The notes: generated by a model from the sequence alone, not told the origin. 64,000 nucleotides of DNA from Akkermansia muciniphila (GCA_963611795.1 CAVDSZ010000009.1:11602-75601); one strand, 5' to 3'. Numbered from the stretch's first letter, positions 53,338-62,239 are shown. Translations and numbers: made by a program.

Positions 53338-54485
53338 GAGAACGCTTGGGATACTACACTTATACAGTTGCGGCCGATCAGAGGCTCGATATTCTGAATC
53401 TCGCGCTCGCTTATGGGATTGAAACATACGGGGAGAGCGAAATGAGCGGATACTGCTCTGTACGCATCTCTTATTTTGATTCTTCTCAATGGGAACTGGC
53501 ATTGAAAACAGCCGGAATTTGCTATGTGAGGGGAGAATTACGGGGGCTGATGGGGCTCTTGCGTCGTATCGGAAAACATCCGGGTCTGATTGCGGGAGTG
53601 GCAGTGGCACTGTTTCTTTATGTGTGGCTCGGCGGAGTCGTGTGGGAAGTACGTATTCAATCGGAGAATGACATAGACGAAGATATCATACTTTCGGAAC
53701 TGGCGGAATCGGGACTTTACGAGGGGGTATGGGCGGCAAAGGTAGACCCCGACAGAGTGGTGGCAGAATTTTTAAGCAAAGACAGCGATGTCGCATTCGC
53801 GACTGTCCATATGCGCGGCGTCGTTGCGGAAGTGGAGCTGATACAAAGAGATACACCTCCGAAAACAGAACCGACGCGCGCCCCCTGCAATTTGGTGGCA
53901 TCACGCGATGCCGTGATTACCGACATGACCATTTATGCCGGAAAACCGTCGGTTAAAATAGGGCAGACCGTGGCTTTGGGAGACTTACTTGTGACCGGGG
54001 TACTGACAGACGTCGGTGGAACGCGACTGCTCCCCGCCGCCGCAACGATCATGGGACGTGTGGAAGATACGGTTGAAATCAAGGTACCGTTTTCTTCGGA
54101 GGGATACCGTGTAGTATCATCGCACCCTGCCTTTTGCTCCCTGACGCTGTTCGGGCATACTTTGACGATTGGTCGGCGCGAGAGCGCCGATTGCGTCAGG
54201 GAACGTCGACTGTTCCTTTTCGACCGTATACGTCTTCCGTTCGTCGCGAGAATCGGCTATCGAACCGAGACGGCATCGGTGACGGTCGTACGCTCTGAAG
54301 AAGAGGCGAAGAATATCGCGGAAGCGGAACTGCGCCGCAGCCTTTCCGTCATGCTGGAGGAGGGGGCGCTCGACAGTTGTGAAACAATCTTTTCGTCCGA
54401 AGAGGGGGAACTGATTCTTCGCGCGAGGGTGATTTATGAGACCAATATTGCAAAAGCGCTTGCATTTGACGCGCAAACTCAGTAA
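53334..54485 (+). CDS. yqfD: Sporulation protein YqfD
   Basis: 383 aa with a central TM (LIAGVAVALFLYVWLGGVVWEV). The yqfC-yqfD-phoH-ybeY-era-recO synteny matches Bacillus. Confidence 0.7.
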   Translation: MRERLGYYTYTVAADQRLDILNLALAYGIETYGESEMSGYCSVRISYFDSSQWELALKTAGICYVRGELRGLMGLLRRIGKHPGLIAGVAVALFLYVWLGGVVWEVRIQSENDIDEDIILSELAESGLYEGVWAAKVDPDRVVAEFLSKDSDVAFATVHMRGVVAEVELIQRDTPPKTEPTRAPCNLVASRDAVITDMTIYAGKPSVKIGQTVALGDLLVTGVLTDVGGTRLLPAAATIMGRVEDTVEIKVPFSSEGYRVVSSHPAFCSLTLFGHTLTIGRRESADCVRERRLFLFDRIRLPFVARIGYRTETASVTVVRSEEEAKNIAEAELRRSLSVMLEEGALDSCETIFSSEEGELILRARVIYETNIAKALAFDAQTQ

Positions 54486-54523
54486 AATATAGTGTAAAAG
54501 AACTATTAAGCAGGAGTCGATTC

Positions 54524-55555
54524 ATGTCGGAAAAAATCGTAACGACCGTATCCGCCGCGCAAACCGCCGCTCTGTTCGGCGCGGCGGACGCACATATCAG
54601 ACTGCTCGAGGAACGTTTCGGGGTAACGGTTTGGAACGCGGGCGGTAGCGGTGCGGACACGGGAGACGCGTTGATCGTCACGGGGGAGGAACCGGGGCTC
54701 GGGCGCGCCGTCGCAGTGTTGGAGTATTTAAAACGCATGACCGCTTCCGGTGATACACTGGACGAGCAGAGCGTTGAATACGTACTGGGCATGGTATCGG
54801 ACGGTCATGCAGATGAACTCGAATCACTCGGGAGCGACGTGGTCTGTATCACCAGCCGCGGTAAACCGATACGACCGAAGACGGTCGGACAGCGCCGCTA
54901 TGTGGAGGCTGTGCGGAAAAATACCGTCGTCCTCGGTGTCGGTCCTGCCGGTACGGGTAAAACGTTTCTCGCCGTCGCGATGGCGGTCGAGGCTCTCAGG
55001 GACAAGCAGGTGTCACGCATTATTCTGACGCGCCCGGCAGTGGAGGCAGGGGAGAAACTTGGGTTTTTGCCCGGGGACTTGCAGAATAAGATTGACCCGT
55101 ATCTGCGCCCGTTGTATGACGCCCTATTTGAAATGATGGGGAGTGAAAACTTCGCGCGGCATATGGAACGCGGCACCATTGAAATAGCGCCGCTGGCTTA
55201 CATGCGCGGCAGAACGCTGGATGATTCGTTTATCATTCTGGACGAGGCGCAGAACACGACCGGGGAGCAGATGAAAATGTTTCTGACGCGTCTCGGATAC
55301 CGCTCCAAAGTGGTTGTGACGGGGGATCCGTCACAGACAGACTTGCCCTACGGGAAAAAGAGCGGTCTCGCCGTCGCGGCACGGATCCTGCGCGGCATCG
55401 ACGGCATCGCTGTCCATGAATTTACGGAACGCGATGTTGTCCGTCATCACCTCGTACAAAAGATCATCAAAGCGTATGAGCGGTATGAACGCGAAACGCC
55501 GAAAACGCAAACGGGGCATCGGTTCACGCACCGACCCGGGGAGGGGAAAAAGTGA
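54524..55555 (+). CDS. phoH: PhoH-family ATPase
   Basis: GPAGTGKTFLAVAMAV Walker A, FIILDEAQN Walker B and VVTGDPSQTDLP. Confidence 0.9.
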   Translation: MSEKIVTTVSAAQTAALFGAADAHIRLLEERFGVTVWNAGGSGADTGDALIVTGEEPGLGRAVAVLEYLKRMTASGDTLDEQSVEYVLGMVSDGHADELESLGSDVVCITSRGKPIRPKTVGQRRYVEAVRKNTVVLGVGPAGTGKTFLAVAMAVEALRDKQVSRIILTRPAVEAGEKLGFLPGDLQNKIDPYLRPLYDALFEMMGSENFARHMERGTIEIAPLAYMRGRTLDDSFIILDEAQNTTGEQMKMFLTRLGYRSKVVVTGDPSQTDLPYGKKSGLAVAARILRGIDGIAVHEFTERDVVRHHLVQKIIKAYERYERETPKTQTGHRFTHRPGEGKK

Positions 55556-56061
55556 AGCACTATCTTGCGAGACCCTATCGCGTCTCCATTGATTTCGGTG
55601 CTGACGGAAAAACGACAAATATCACTTATGCGCTGAAACTTGCCTGCCGTCATGCCATTGAAGAAACGCTCGATTATGAGCATTTTGGCAAGGATGCGGA
55701 AGTGTCCGTGACTTTCGTTGACAACGAGCGGATTCATACGCTGAATCGCACCTATCGGGATAAAGACAGAGCGACCGATGTTCTTTCCTTCCCGCAGTAT
55801 GAGCCCGGTGAAGCTGCGCGGGAGATTGATACGCCCGTTATGCTAGGGGATATTGTGATTTCGCTCGAACGTGCGGCGGAACAGGCGCAGGAGGTCGGGC
55901 ATCCTTTTCTTGACGAGGTCGCGTTCCTATGTATTCATTCCACCCTGCATCTGCTCGGTTATGACCATGAACGGTCTCAGGAGGACGAGGAAAACATGTG
56001 CCGACGTCAACGTGAGATCGTTGCGCTACTCGAACAAAAATACAAAGCGAAGGAACGGTAA
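55552..56061 (+). CDS. ybeY: rRNA maturation endoribonuclease YbeY
   Basis: HSTLHLLGYDH zinc-binding motif. Confidence 0.9.
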   Translation: MKHYLARPYRVSIDFGADGKTTNITYALKLACRHAIEETLDYEHFGKDAEVSVTFVDNERIHTLNRTYRDKDRATDVLSFPQYEPGEAAREIDTPVMLGDIVISLERAAEQAQEVGHPFLDEVAFLCIHSTLHLLGYDHERSQEDEENMCRRQREIVALLEQKYKAKER

Positions 56062-56064
56062 ATT

Positions 56065-56952
56065 ATGCGTAGAACGGCATTTATCGCTATCGTCGGACGC
56101 CCGAATGTCGGGAAGTCCACTCTTCTCAATCATATTCTCGGGGAAAAAGTCGCCATTGTATCCAAGCGCCCGCAGACGACGAGAAACCGCATTACGGGCG
56201 TACATACGGTCGGTGACGACCAGTATGTGTTTCTTGATACACCCGGTGTGCATCATCCTCGCACCAAACTCGGAGATTACATGGTAAAGGCGGCGGCGGG
56301 GACTCTCGGCGGTGCCGATGCGGCAATCCTTGTCGTAGAGCCGCGCGAAGCGGTCGGGGATATTGAAGGAGAGATTCTGAACAATATCCGCGCGGCAGGC
56401 TTGCCCGCGATTCTCGTGGTCAATAAAACAGACGCTGTTACCGCTGCCAATGTGGTGAAGACGATTGCCGCCTATGCCGAGGCTTTTCCGTTCGATGCCG
56501 TCGTGCCGACTGCCGCCAAGAGCGGGAAGGGCGTCGAAACGGTTGTTTCGGAGTGCGAACGATATCTTACGGAAAGCGAATGGTTCTTTCCGGATGATAT
56601 TGTTACCGATCAGACCGAGCGGCAGATTGCGGCGGAAATCGTCCGCGAAAAACTGCTACGAGTGCTTTCCGACGAAGTGCCGCACGGAACTGCCGTTTCA
56701 ATCGAAGAATTTCGCGACGCAGGAAAAATGGTTCGTATCCGCGCGGAAATCTATTGTGAGCGCGCATCGCACAAGGGAATCATCATCGGGAAAAACGGGG
56801 CGACACTCAAGCGCATCGGCATGATGGCGCGTGAGGATCTTGAAAAATTCTACGGGACAAAGGTATTTCTCGATTTGTGGGTCAAAGTCAAGGAGAACTG
56901 GCGCGACAGCCAGTTTAATCTGAACGATCTCGGGTATCGGGAGGACACATGA
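56065..56952 (+). CDS. era: GTPase Era
   Basis: GRPNVGKSTLLN (G1), DTPG (G3), NKTD (G4) and a C-terminal KH domain (IIIGKNGATLKRIG). Confidence 0.95.
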   Translation: MRRTAFIAIVGRPNVGKSTLLNHILGEKVAIVSKRPQTTRNRITGVHTVGDDQYVFLDTPGVHHPRTKLGDYMVKAAAGTLGGADAAILVVEPREAVGDIEGEILNNIRAAGLPAILVVNKTDAVTAANVVKTIAAYAEAFPFDAVVPTAAKSGKGVETVVSECERYLTESEWFFPDDIVTDQTERQIAAEIVREKLLRVLSDEVPHGTAVSIEEFRDAGKMVRIRAEIYCERASHKGIIIGKNGATLKRIGMMAREDLEKFYGTKVFLDLWVKVKENWRDSQFNLNDLGYREDT

Positions 56953-57737
56953 GAGCCCCGGAGAGCACCGTCGAAGTGCATGGTATCGTCGTCAACACGA
57001 TCGATATCGGCGAGCGCGATCGTCTCTTTCAGCTTTTGACCGCGGAGCGCGGATTGTTGACGGTGTATGCGAACGGGGCACGCACCCTGAAAAATCGTTA
57101 TCTCACGACAACGCAGCTTTTCTGCTACGGCAGGTATTTCCTTGCCGAGAAAAACGATCGATATACCGTACAGGACGTGACATTGGAGGAATCCTTTTAC
57201 GATCTGCGCCGTGAGGTGGATCGGGCCGCACTCGGTGCCTATATCTGCGAGGTCGCGACCTACACGGGGACGGAAGTGCCGGACACAGAACTTCTGCGGC
57301 TGATTCTCAACACCTTGTATGCGGTATCGCGAGGACTGTTTCATCTGGTGCTCATCAAAGCGGCGTTTGAATTCCGCATGGCGGCGGAACTGGGGTTCAT
57401 GCCGGATGTAACCGCCTGTGCCGTGTGCGGCATCACCGAAGGAGAGTTTATCTTTGACTTGTCCGCAGGGAATTTGATTTGCCGTGATTGCCGTGATACG
57501 CTGACCGCGCGTGCGCTGTACGAGGAAGGAATGGGTGAACACCGCATCGAGATGCTGACGCCCGGTGTGCGCGCTGCCGTGGAATACGTGTTGTCAGCAC
57601 CGCCCGAGCGCCTCTTTTCTTTCCGATTGGAAGAGGATGATTTGCACATCTTCGCGCATGCGGCGGAGGATTATCTCGTTTGGCACACCGACCACCAATT
57701 TTCCACGCTGGAATTCTATCACCAGGTGGCACTTTAA
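56949..57737 (+). CDS. recO: DNA repair protein RecO
   Basis: Follows era with an ATGA overlap. It has an OB-fold N-terminus and a CAVCG...CRDC zinc motif. Confidence 0.85.
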   Translation: MRAPESTVEVHGIVVNTIDIGERDRLFQLLTAERGLLTVYANGARTLKNRYLTTTQLFCYGRYFLAEKNDRYTVQDVTLEESFYDLRREVDRAALGAYICEVATYTGTEVPDTELLRLILNTLYAVSRGLFHLVLIKAAFEFRMAAELGFMPDVTACAVCGITEGEFIFDLSAGNLICRDCRDTLTARALYEEGMGEHRIEMLTPGVRAAVEYVLSAPPERLFSFRLEEDDLHIFAHAAEDYLVWHTDHQFSTLEFYHQVAL

Positions 57738-57744
57738 GAAAAAT

Positions 57745-60132
57745 ATGATTTTTACCGAAAAAACTAGAGCCATATTGGAATTTGACAAAATTGTACGTCT
57801 GCTTGCCGATTCCTGCAGTACCGCCGGGGCGAAAGCCCGGGCGCTTGCGCTGTCTCCGACAGATGATGAGGTGCTGGTTTCGCGGCGACTTGCGAGGACG
57901 AGCGACGCGTGCCGTCTCGTCGATGTAAAAGGGTACCCAGGGTTTGATGCCTGCGAGGATGTGCCGGATGCCGCGGAGCGCGCAGAAAAGGGCGCGACGC
58001 TGACGACGACGGAACTGCTGCATATCGCGTCCATGCTTCGCTCGGTCGCCGGTTGCATTTCTTACGCGAAAGAGAATCATCCGTTTGATACAACGTTGGA
58101 CGAAGTGTTCGACCGACTGTTGCCGAATCCGACACTGGAACGGAAGATTACAAGGAGCATCATCTCGCCGGAACTTATCTCCGATGACGCGAGCCCGGCA
58201 CTCGCAGACATTCGACGCCAGATCCGCGCGGCACAGAACCGCATCAAAGAGGCGCTTCTCAGCTATGTGACCGGCTCCCGGCAACGTGCGCTTCAGGAAA
58301 ATATCGTGACGATTCGCGACGGTCGCTACGTAATTCCCGTCAAGCAGGAATACAAAGGGGAAGTCAAGGGAATCGTCCATGATACGTCCTCTTCCGGTGC
58401 TACGGTCTTCATTGAACCCATGGCGGTCGTGGACGCGAACAACGACCTGCGCGCCCTGGAAATCAAAGAGACACGCGAGATCGAGCGGATCCTTGCGGAG
58501 CTCAGCGCCGATTGTGCTGCGTTCGGCGGCTCCATCCGGCAGGATTATTACAATATAACAGATTTGGCATTCACCTTCGGCTGTGCATCGCTTTCCGAGC
58601 GCATGAGTGGTTGTGCCCCTCGTCTGTCCGACCGACGGATGCTCGATCTGCGTCGGGCTCGGCACCCTTTGATTGATAAAGATCGGGTCGTTCCGGTTGA
58701 TGTTTCGCTTGGCGTGGATTTTGATACGCTGATTATTACCGGACCCAATACGGGTGGTAAAACCGTAACGCTCAAAACAATGGGGCTTTTCGCCGCGATG
58801 ACGCAGTCCGGGCTTCATATCCCGGTTTCCCCGGATTCGACTGTTGGGGTATTTGACGCGATTTTGGTGGATATCGGTGACGAGCAGAGTATTGAGCAGT
58901 CACTCTCCACATTTTCGTCTCACATGGTGAATGAAGTGCAGATGCTGCGGGATACCACCCCGCGATCTCTCGTGCTCTTTGACGAACTGGGGGCAGGTAC
59001 CGATCCCGTAGAGGGAGCGGCACTGGCTATCTCGATTTTGGAAGAATGTCGTAATGCCGGTGCGCTTGCCGCCGCAACGACTCACTATACGGAACTGAAA
59101 ATGTACGCGCTCGACACACCGGGTGTCAGGAACGCTAGTTGCGAGTTCGACGTAGAGACGCTTCGGCCGACGTATCGACTGATGATCGGTGCACCCGGAA
59201 AATCAAATGCTTTTGCCATTTCGGAAAAGCTCGGACTGCCGAGGGAAGTGGTCAATCGTGCGCGCGAGTTGGTGAGTGCGGATAACCGTCGCTTCGAGAC
59301 AATCCTGGAAGAGCTTGAAAAAACTCGCTTCGAAATGGAGCGTGAGCGAGAAGAGGCAGCTAAGTTACGTCGTGAATACGAAGCGCACAAAACGCGCGCG
59401 GAGGCAGATCTCGCTCGCCGTCTGCGCGAAGGAGAAGAAGCCATTAAGCGTGATCGCGACCGTGCCCGTCAACTTCTCGACAGCGCCCGTGTATCCAGCG
59501 AATTTGTGTTTCACCAACTGGAAGAACTCCGCAAAAAAGAAGATGCGAAGAGTCGTGCGGCAGCGCTTGAGGCAACAAGACGTGCCGTGCGCGAGCAGAT
59601 GCGATCGGCGGAAAAAACATGGTCGGAAACGGAGTTCGAGGGGACGGAATCGGAAGAAAAATATGTACTGCCGCGTCCGCTCCGCATCGGAGATAAAATC
59701 TATATTGTCTCCTACCGAGCAGAGGGCGAGGTCACGGCACTTCCGAGAGGCAAAGACGTTGAAGTGCGTGCGGGCGTATTTCGCGGCAAGGTGCCGATTT
59801 CCGATGTGCGCTTGCTCAGCGATATGAAAAAACGCGAGGCACCGAAGCCGAAAAGCGAAACAAAAGTCGCCCGAGGCGGCGTTGCCGCATTTACGCCGGA
59901 ACTCGATGTGCGTGGCAGATACGGCGATGATGCATGGTTTGAGGTAGATCGATACCTTGACGAGGCGGTGCTCGCCGGCGTGGAAACGGTTAGGATTATT
60001 CACGGAAAGGGGACCGGGGCGCTACGCGTGGCACTCCATCGGGAACTGAAAGCGGATTCGCGGGTTAAATCGTTCCGCCTCGGAGAACTCGGCGAGGGGG
60101 ATTCGGGCGTAACGGTCGTGACGCTGAAATAA
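57745..60132 (+). CDS. mutS2: Endonuclease MutS2 (with C-terminal Smr domain)
   Basis: ORF 57565..60132. The start was moved to ATG 57745 (MIFTEKTRAILEFDKI). TGPNTGGKTVTLKT Walker A is present. The C-terminal LDVRGRYGDDAW...IIHGKGTGALR is an Smr domain. Confidence 0.9.
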   Translation: MIFTEKTRAILEFDKIVRLLADSCSTAGAKARALALSPTDDEVLVSRRLARTSDACRLVDVKGYPGFDACEDVPDAAERAEKGATLTTTELLHIASMLRSVAGCISYAKENHPFDTTLDEVFDRLLPNPTLERKITRSIISPELISDDASPALADIRRQIRAAQNRIKEALLSYVTGSRQRALQENIVTIRDGRYVIPVKQEYKGEVKGIVHDTSSSGATVFIEPMAVVDANNDLRALEIKETREIERILAELSADCAAFGGSIRQDYYNITDLAFTFGCASLSERMSGCAPRLSDRRMLDLRRARHPLIDKDRVVPVDVSLGVDFDTLIITGPNTGGKTVTLKTMGLFAAMTQSGLHIPVSPDSTVGVFDAILVDIGDEQSIEQSLSTFSSHMVNEVQMLRDTTPRSLVLFDELGAGTDPVEGAALAISILEECRNAGALAAATTHYTELKMYALDTPGVRNASCEFDVETLRPTYRLMIGAPGKSNAFAISEKLGLPREVVNRARELVSADNRRFETILEELEKTRFEMEREREEAAKLRREYEAHKTRAEADLARRLREGEEAIKRDRDRARQLLDSARVSSEFVFHQLEELRKKEDAKSRAAALEATRRAVREQMRSAEKTWSETEFEGTESEEKYVLPRPLRIGDKIYIVSYRAEGEVTALPRGKDVEVRAGVFRGKVPISDVRLLSDMKKREAPKPKSETKVARGGVAAFTPELDVRGRYGDDAWFEVDRYLDEAVLAGVETVRIIHGKGTGALRVALHRELKADSRVKSFRLGELGEGDSGVTVVTLK

Positions 60133-60139
60133 CAGGTAA

Positions 60140-61320
60140 AGATGCCATTGAAACAGCCGCAAAAAATCGCTGAAAGTCAAGGTTTTTTTCAGAAAAAGTC
60201 GAAAAAATTTATTCCGAGGGCGGAAAGCTCGGAAATAAAGAGTTCTTCGGAAGTGTGCCAGCCCAGTAGTTTTCTAGGCATTTGATTGATATAACGGGCG
60301 GTCTCCCGGAGATTGGCGTCGGAATAATGTCGGATCGGAGTACCCTTCTTGATAAAACGGCGGATAATGCGGTTTTGGTTCTCGTTGGATCCGCGCTCGC
60401 CGGAGCGGTACGGGTGACAGAAATAGACCTTCGTCCGGCGGGAATTACCGTCAATCGATAATTCCATGCCGCGATAGTCCGAAAATTCACAACCGTTATC
60501 GCAAGTGATCGTGCGGAAGATCCGCGAAAAGTTCTTTTTGCCGAGCGATCGTTCCAGTCGGTCAAGGCAGTTAACGACCGATGCGGCGGTTTTATCTTTG
60601 GAGCGGAAGATCAGTTCATAGCGCGTTTTGCGCTCGGTAAAGGTCAGGAGCGTCTCTCCCCTTGTTTGCTTGCCGATGACGCTGTCCAGTTCCCAATGCC
60701 CCGCGGTAGATCTCTCTTGGATCTCTGCGGGGCGTTGTTCTATGGAGGTGCCGCGGAGAGGCTGACGTAACGGGCGCGGGTGCTTCTTCTGCTCGCGCCG
60801 TTTCCCCTGCATGAGCAGATTCTTGTTTGATAGGCGCAGGAACACGCCGGAATCTATATAGTGATACAAGGTAGTCACGCAGACGGTCGTGGCTACCTTT
60901 ATCTTTTTTCGTTTGATTTCTGCCAATGCTGCCGCCGGGGAGAGTTTACGATCTACGATCAATTCTTCGATCACGCGGGCAAACTCACGATCTTTGCCGA
61001 TTTTAAGTGGCGCGCCTTTAGCTGTTGCCCGATAATCTGATGTCTGTTGCGCTTTATCTGCCGAATATTTTCGCACCGTTTTCCATGTATCTCCATCTAA
61101 ATGGTCATACAGCCCTAAACGGATTTCCCGATAAATCGCGACATTATGGAAACCGAGTTCTTTCGAGATGGCATACGGATTCATGTGAAAACGGTTATAC
61201 ATGGTTTCGATCCGGACACGGTCGGCATAGGTGATACGGCGGTAGGTTCTGTTCGGCATTCTTGGCGGTTCTGTCCTTTCTTATTGTGTGGAGAGCGGAT
61301 AAGAGACCGTCAGACAAAGC
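60140..61320 (-). mobile_element. Second IS30-family insertion sequence (ends not resolved)
   Basis: A single IS30-type transposase. The 3' flanks of the two IS30 genes share a loose CTTGAC...AGCGA(A/T)TTTT pattern, but no convincing inverted repeats were identified. Confidence 0.55.
60189..61259 (-). CDS. IS30-family transposase (DDE), diverged paralog of 28531..29589
   Basis: HWELDSV (D), ITCDNGCEF (D) and ERGSNENQNRIIRRFIKKG (E). It is colinear with the first copy but clearly different at most positions. Confidence 0.9.
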   Translation of the reverse strand: MPNRTYRRITYADRVRIETMYNRFHMNPYAISKELGFHNVAIYREIRLGLYDHLDGDTWKTVRKYSADKAQQTSDYRATAKGAPLKIGKDREFARVIEELIVDRKLSPAAALAEIKRKKIKVATTVCVTTLYHYIDSGVFLRLSNKNLLMQGKRREQKKHPRPLRQPLRGTSIEQRPAEIQERSTAGHWELDSVIGKQTRGETLLTFTERKTRYELIFRSKDKTAASVVNCLDRLERSLGKKNFSRIFRTITCDNGCEFSDYRGMELSIDGNSRRTKVYFCHPYRSGERGSNENQNRIIRRFIKKGTPIRHYSDANLRETARYINQMPRKLLGWHTSEELFISELSALGINFFDFF

Positions 61321-61712
61321 GGATCGACGGCGCCCGGCGAGGTTTCGCTCGGGCGGCCGTCAATCTCTTTCTTCGTCTGACGGTCAGACAATAGACGCCC
61401 GGCGTTGCCGGGCGGGAATGACGGTTGAGTGTTTCGCCCTCTGCGGAGGGCGATGAGGCTATAAGGTAGTGAAGCCCCGATAGGGCTTCACCGAGGGGAA
61501 CCTCCGTCCGCGGTTCCCCTATTCAATGCAACGCTAACCGCTTTGCGGGTCCGTGCTCCGCACGGGCGTTGCGTCCCCTCCCTGCGAACTTACAAAGTAC
61601 AAAGGGTTACTTCGGCGTTTGCGCCGATGGTACTTTGGTCAGAGATCATAGCGTCGTGCGCGTTCTGTTGACATAACGGCATAACGCGTGAGGGGAGCCT
61701 CGGAGGGGCTCC
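61305..61712. ncRNA. Candidate large structured RNA / hairpin-dense non-coding element (strand and identity unknown)
   Basis: At least 9 GC-rich hairpins lie in ~410 nt with no credible ORF. They include an 11-bp perfect outer stem 61305-61315/61375-61385 enclosing further helices, 8 bp at 61396-61414, 7 bp at 61435-61452, 9 bp at 61469-61491, 9 bp at 61494-61520, a three-way-junction-like 61528-61572, and 8 bp at 61593-61637 enclosing 61613-61626. Confidence 0.5.
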
Positions 61713-61745
61713 GGGGCGGGTTTGTATGGGGGTGCGGTTTTGCCT

Positions 61746-61937
61746 TTATTCCGGTTTGCCGTCTCTCGTCATCGTTTCCGCGATGGCTCTTTGAATAAAG
61801 GCGTTGACACTCTCCCCACGGCTTTCCGCGTGTGCGCGGATAATGTCCTTTTGCCCTTTGGGGAGCGTCAGGTTGACGCGATCGTATTTCTCATTTATGA
61901 ACGAGTTTATATACTTTGATTGATTAAAAGTCGGCAT
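61746..61937 (-). CDS. Ribbon-helix-helix (Arc-like) DNA-binding protein
   Basis: 63 aa. ...EKYDRVNLTLPKGQKDIIRAHAESRGESVNAFIQRAIAETM has the same layout as the RHH protein at 28287..28478. It is divergent from an operator-bearing promoter. Confidence 0.65.
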   Translation of the reverse strand: MPTFNQSKYINSFINEKYDRVNLTLPKGQKDIIRAHAESRGESVNAFIQRAIAETMTRDGKPE

Positions 61938-61986
61938 AAAATCACCTCGATATTAGAATAACAAAAAGCCGCATTTTACGCAATAT

Positions 61987-62071
61987 ACATTATGCACAAA
62001 ATGCAGGCACAATTTTTTATGTTTTTAGTAGAACATTATGCGCAAAATCCTATTGACATTATGCGCATAAT
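61987..62071. promoter_or_regulatory. Three direct copies of a 16-bp operator-like box ACATTATGCRCAWAAT, the last containing a perfect 14-bp palindrome
   Basis: The boxes lie at 61987-62002, 62033-62048 and 62056-62071. ATTATGCGCATAAT (62058-62071) is its own reverse complement and lies in the promoter spacer. Confidence 0.65.
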
Positions 62072-62081
62072 GTATTATAAT
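62053..62081 (+). promoter_or_regulatory. Perfect consensus sigma-A promoter TTGACA-17 nt-TATAAT
   Basis: TTGACA at 62053-62058, a 17-nt spacer, TATAAT at 62076-62081. An AAGGAGG RBS and ATG 62105 follow. Confidence 0.75.
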
Positions 62082-62104
62082 AGTATCAGAAAGGAGGTAA
62101 GAAG

Positions 62105-62239
62105 ATGATACCGGCAGGAGAACAGGAGATGGAAGCCATGACAACAGGCGAAGAACTCCGGCTCATTCAATACTTGCGTGAAGTCGGTTGGTCGGACACG
62201 GCAATTATTAAGCTACTTATCTACATTTTGAGCAGATAA
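62105..62239 (+). CDS. Small ORF, 44 aa (below the ORF-track cutoff)
   Basis: Hand-translated as MIPAGEQEMEAMTTGEELRLIQYLREVGWSDTAIIKLLIYILSR. It has a strong RBS (AAAGGAGGT) and lies behind the consensus promoter. Confidence 0.5.
   Translation: MIPAGEQEMEAMTTGEELRLIQYLREVGWSDTAIIKLLIYILSR

Noticed and set aside
28531-61259. The IS30 pair considered as a composite transposon mobilising the 30-kb block
   Set aside because: The intervening genes are essential housekeeping genes in conserved Firmicutes synteny (rplS, lepB, era, recO, thrC, sigK). The two transposases are highly diverged rather than identical copies.
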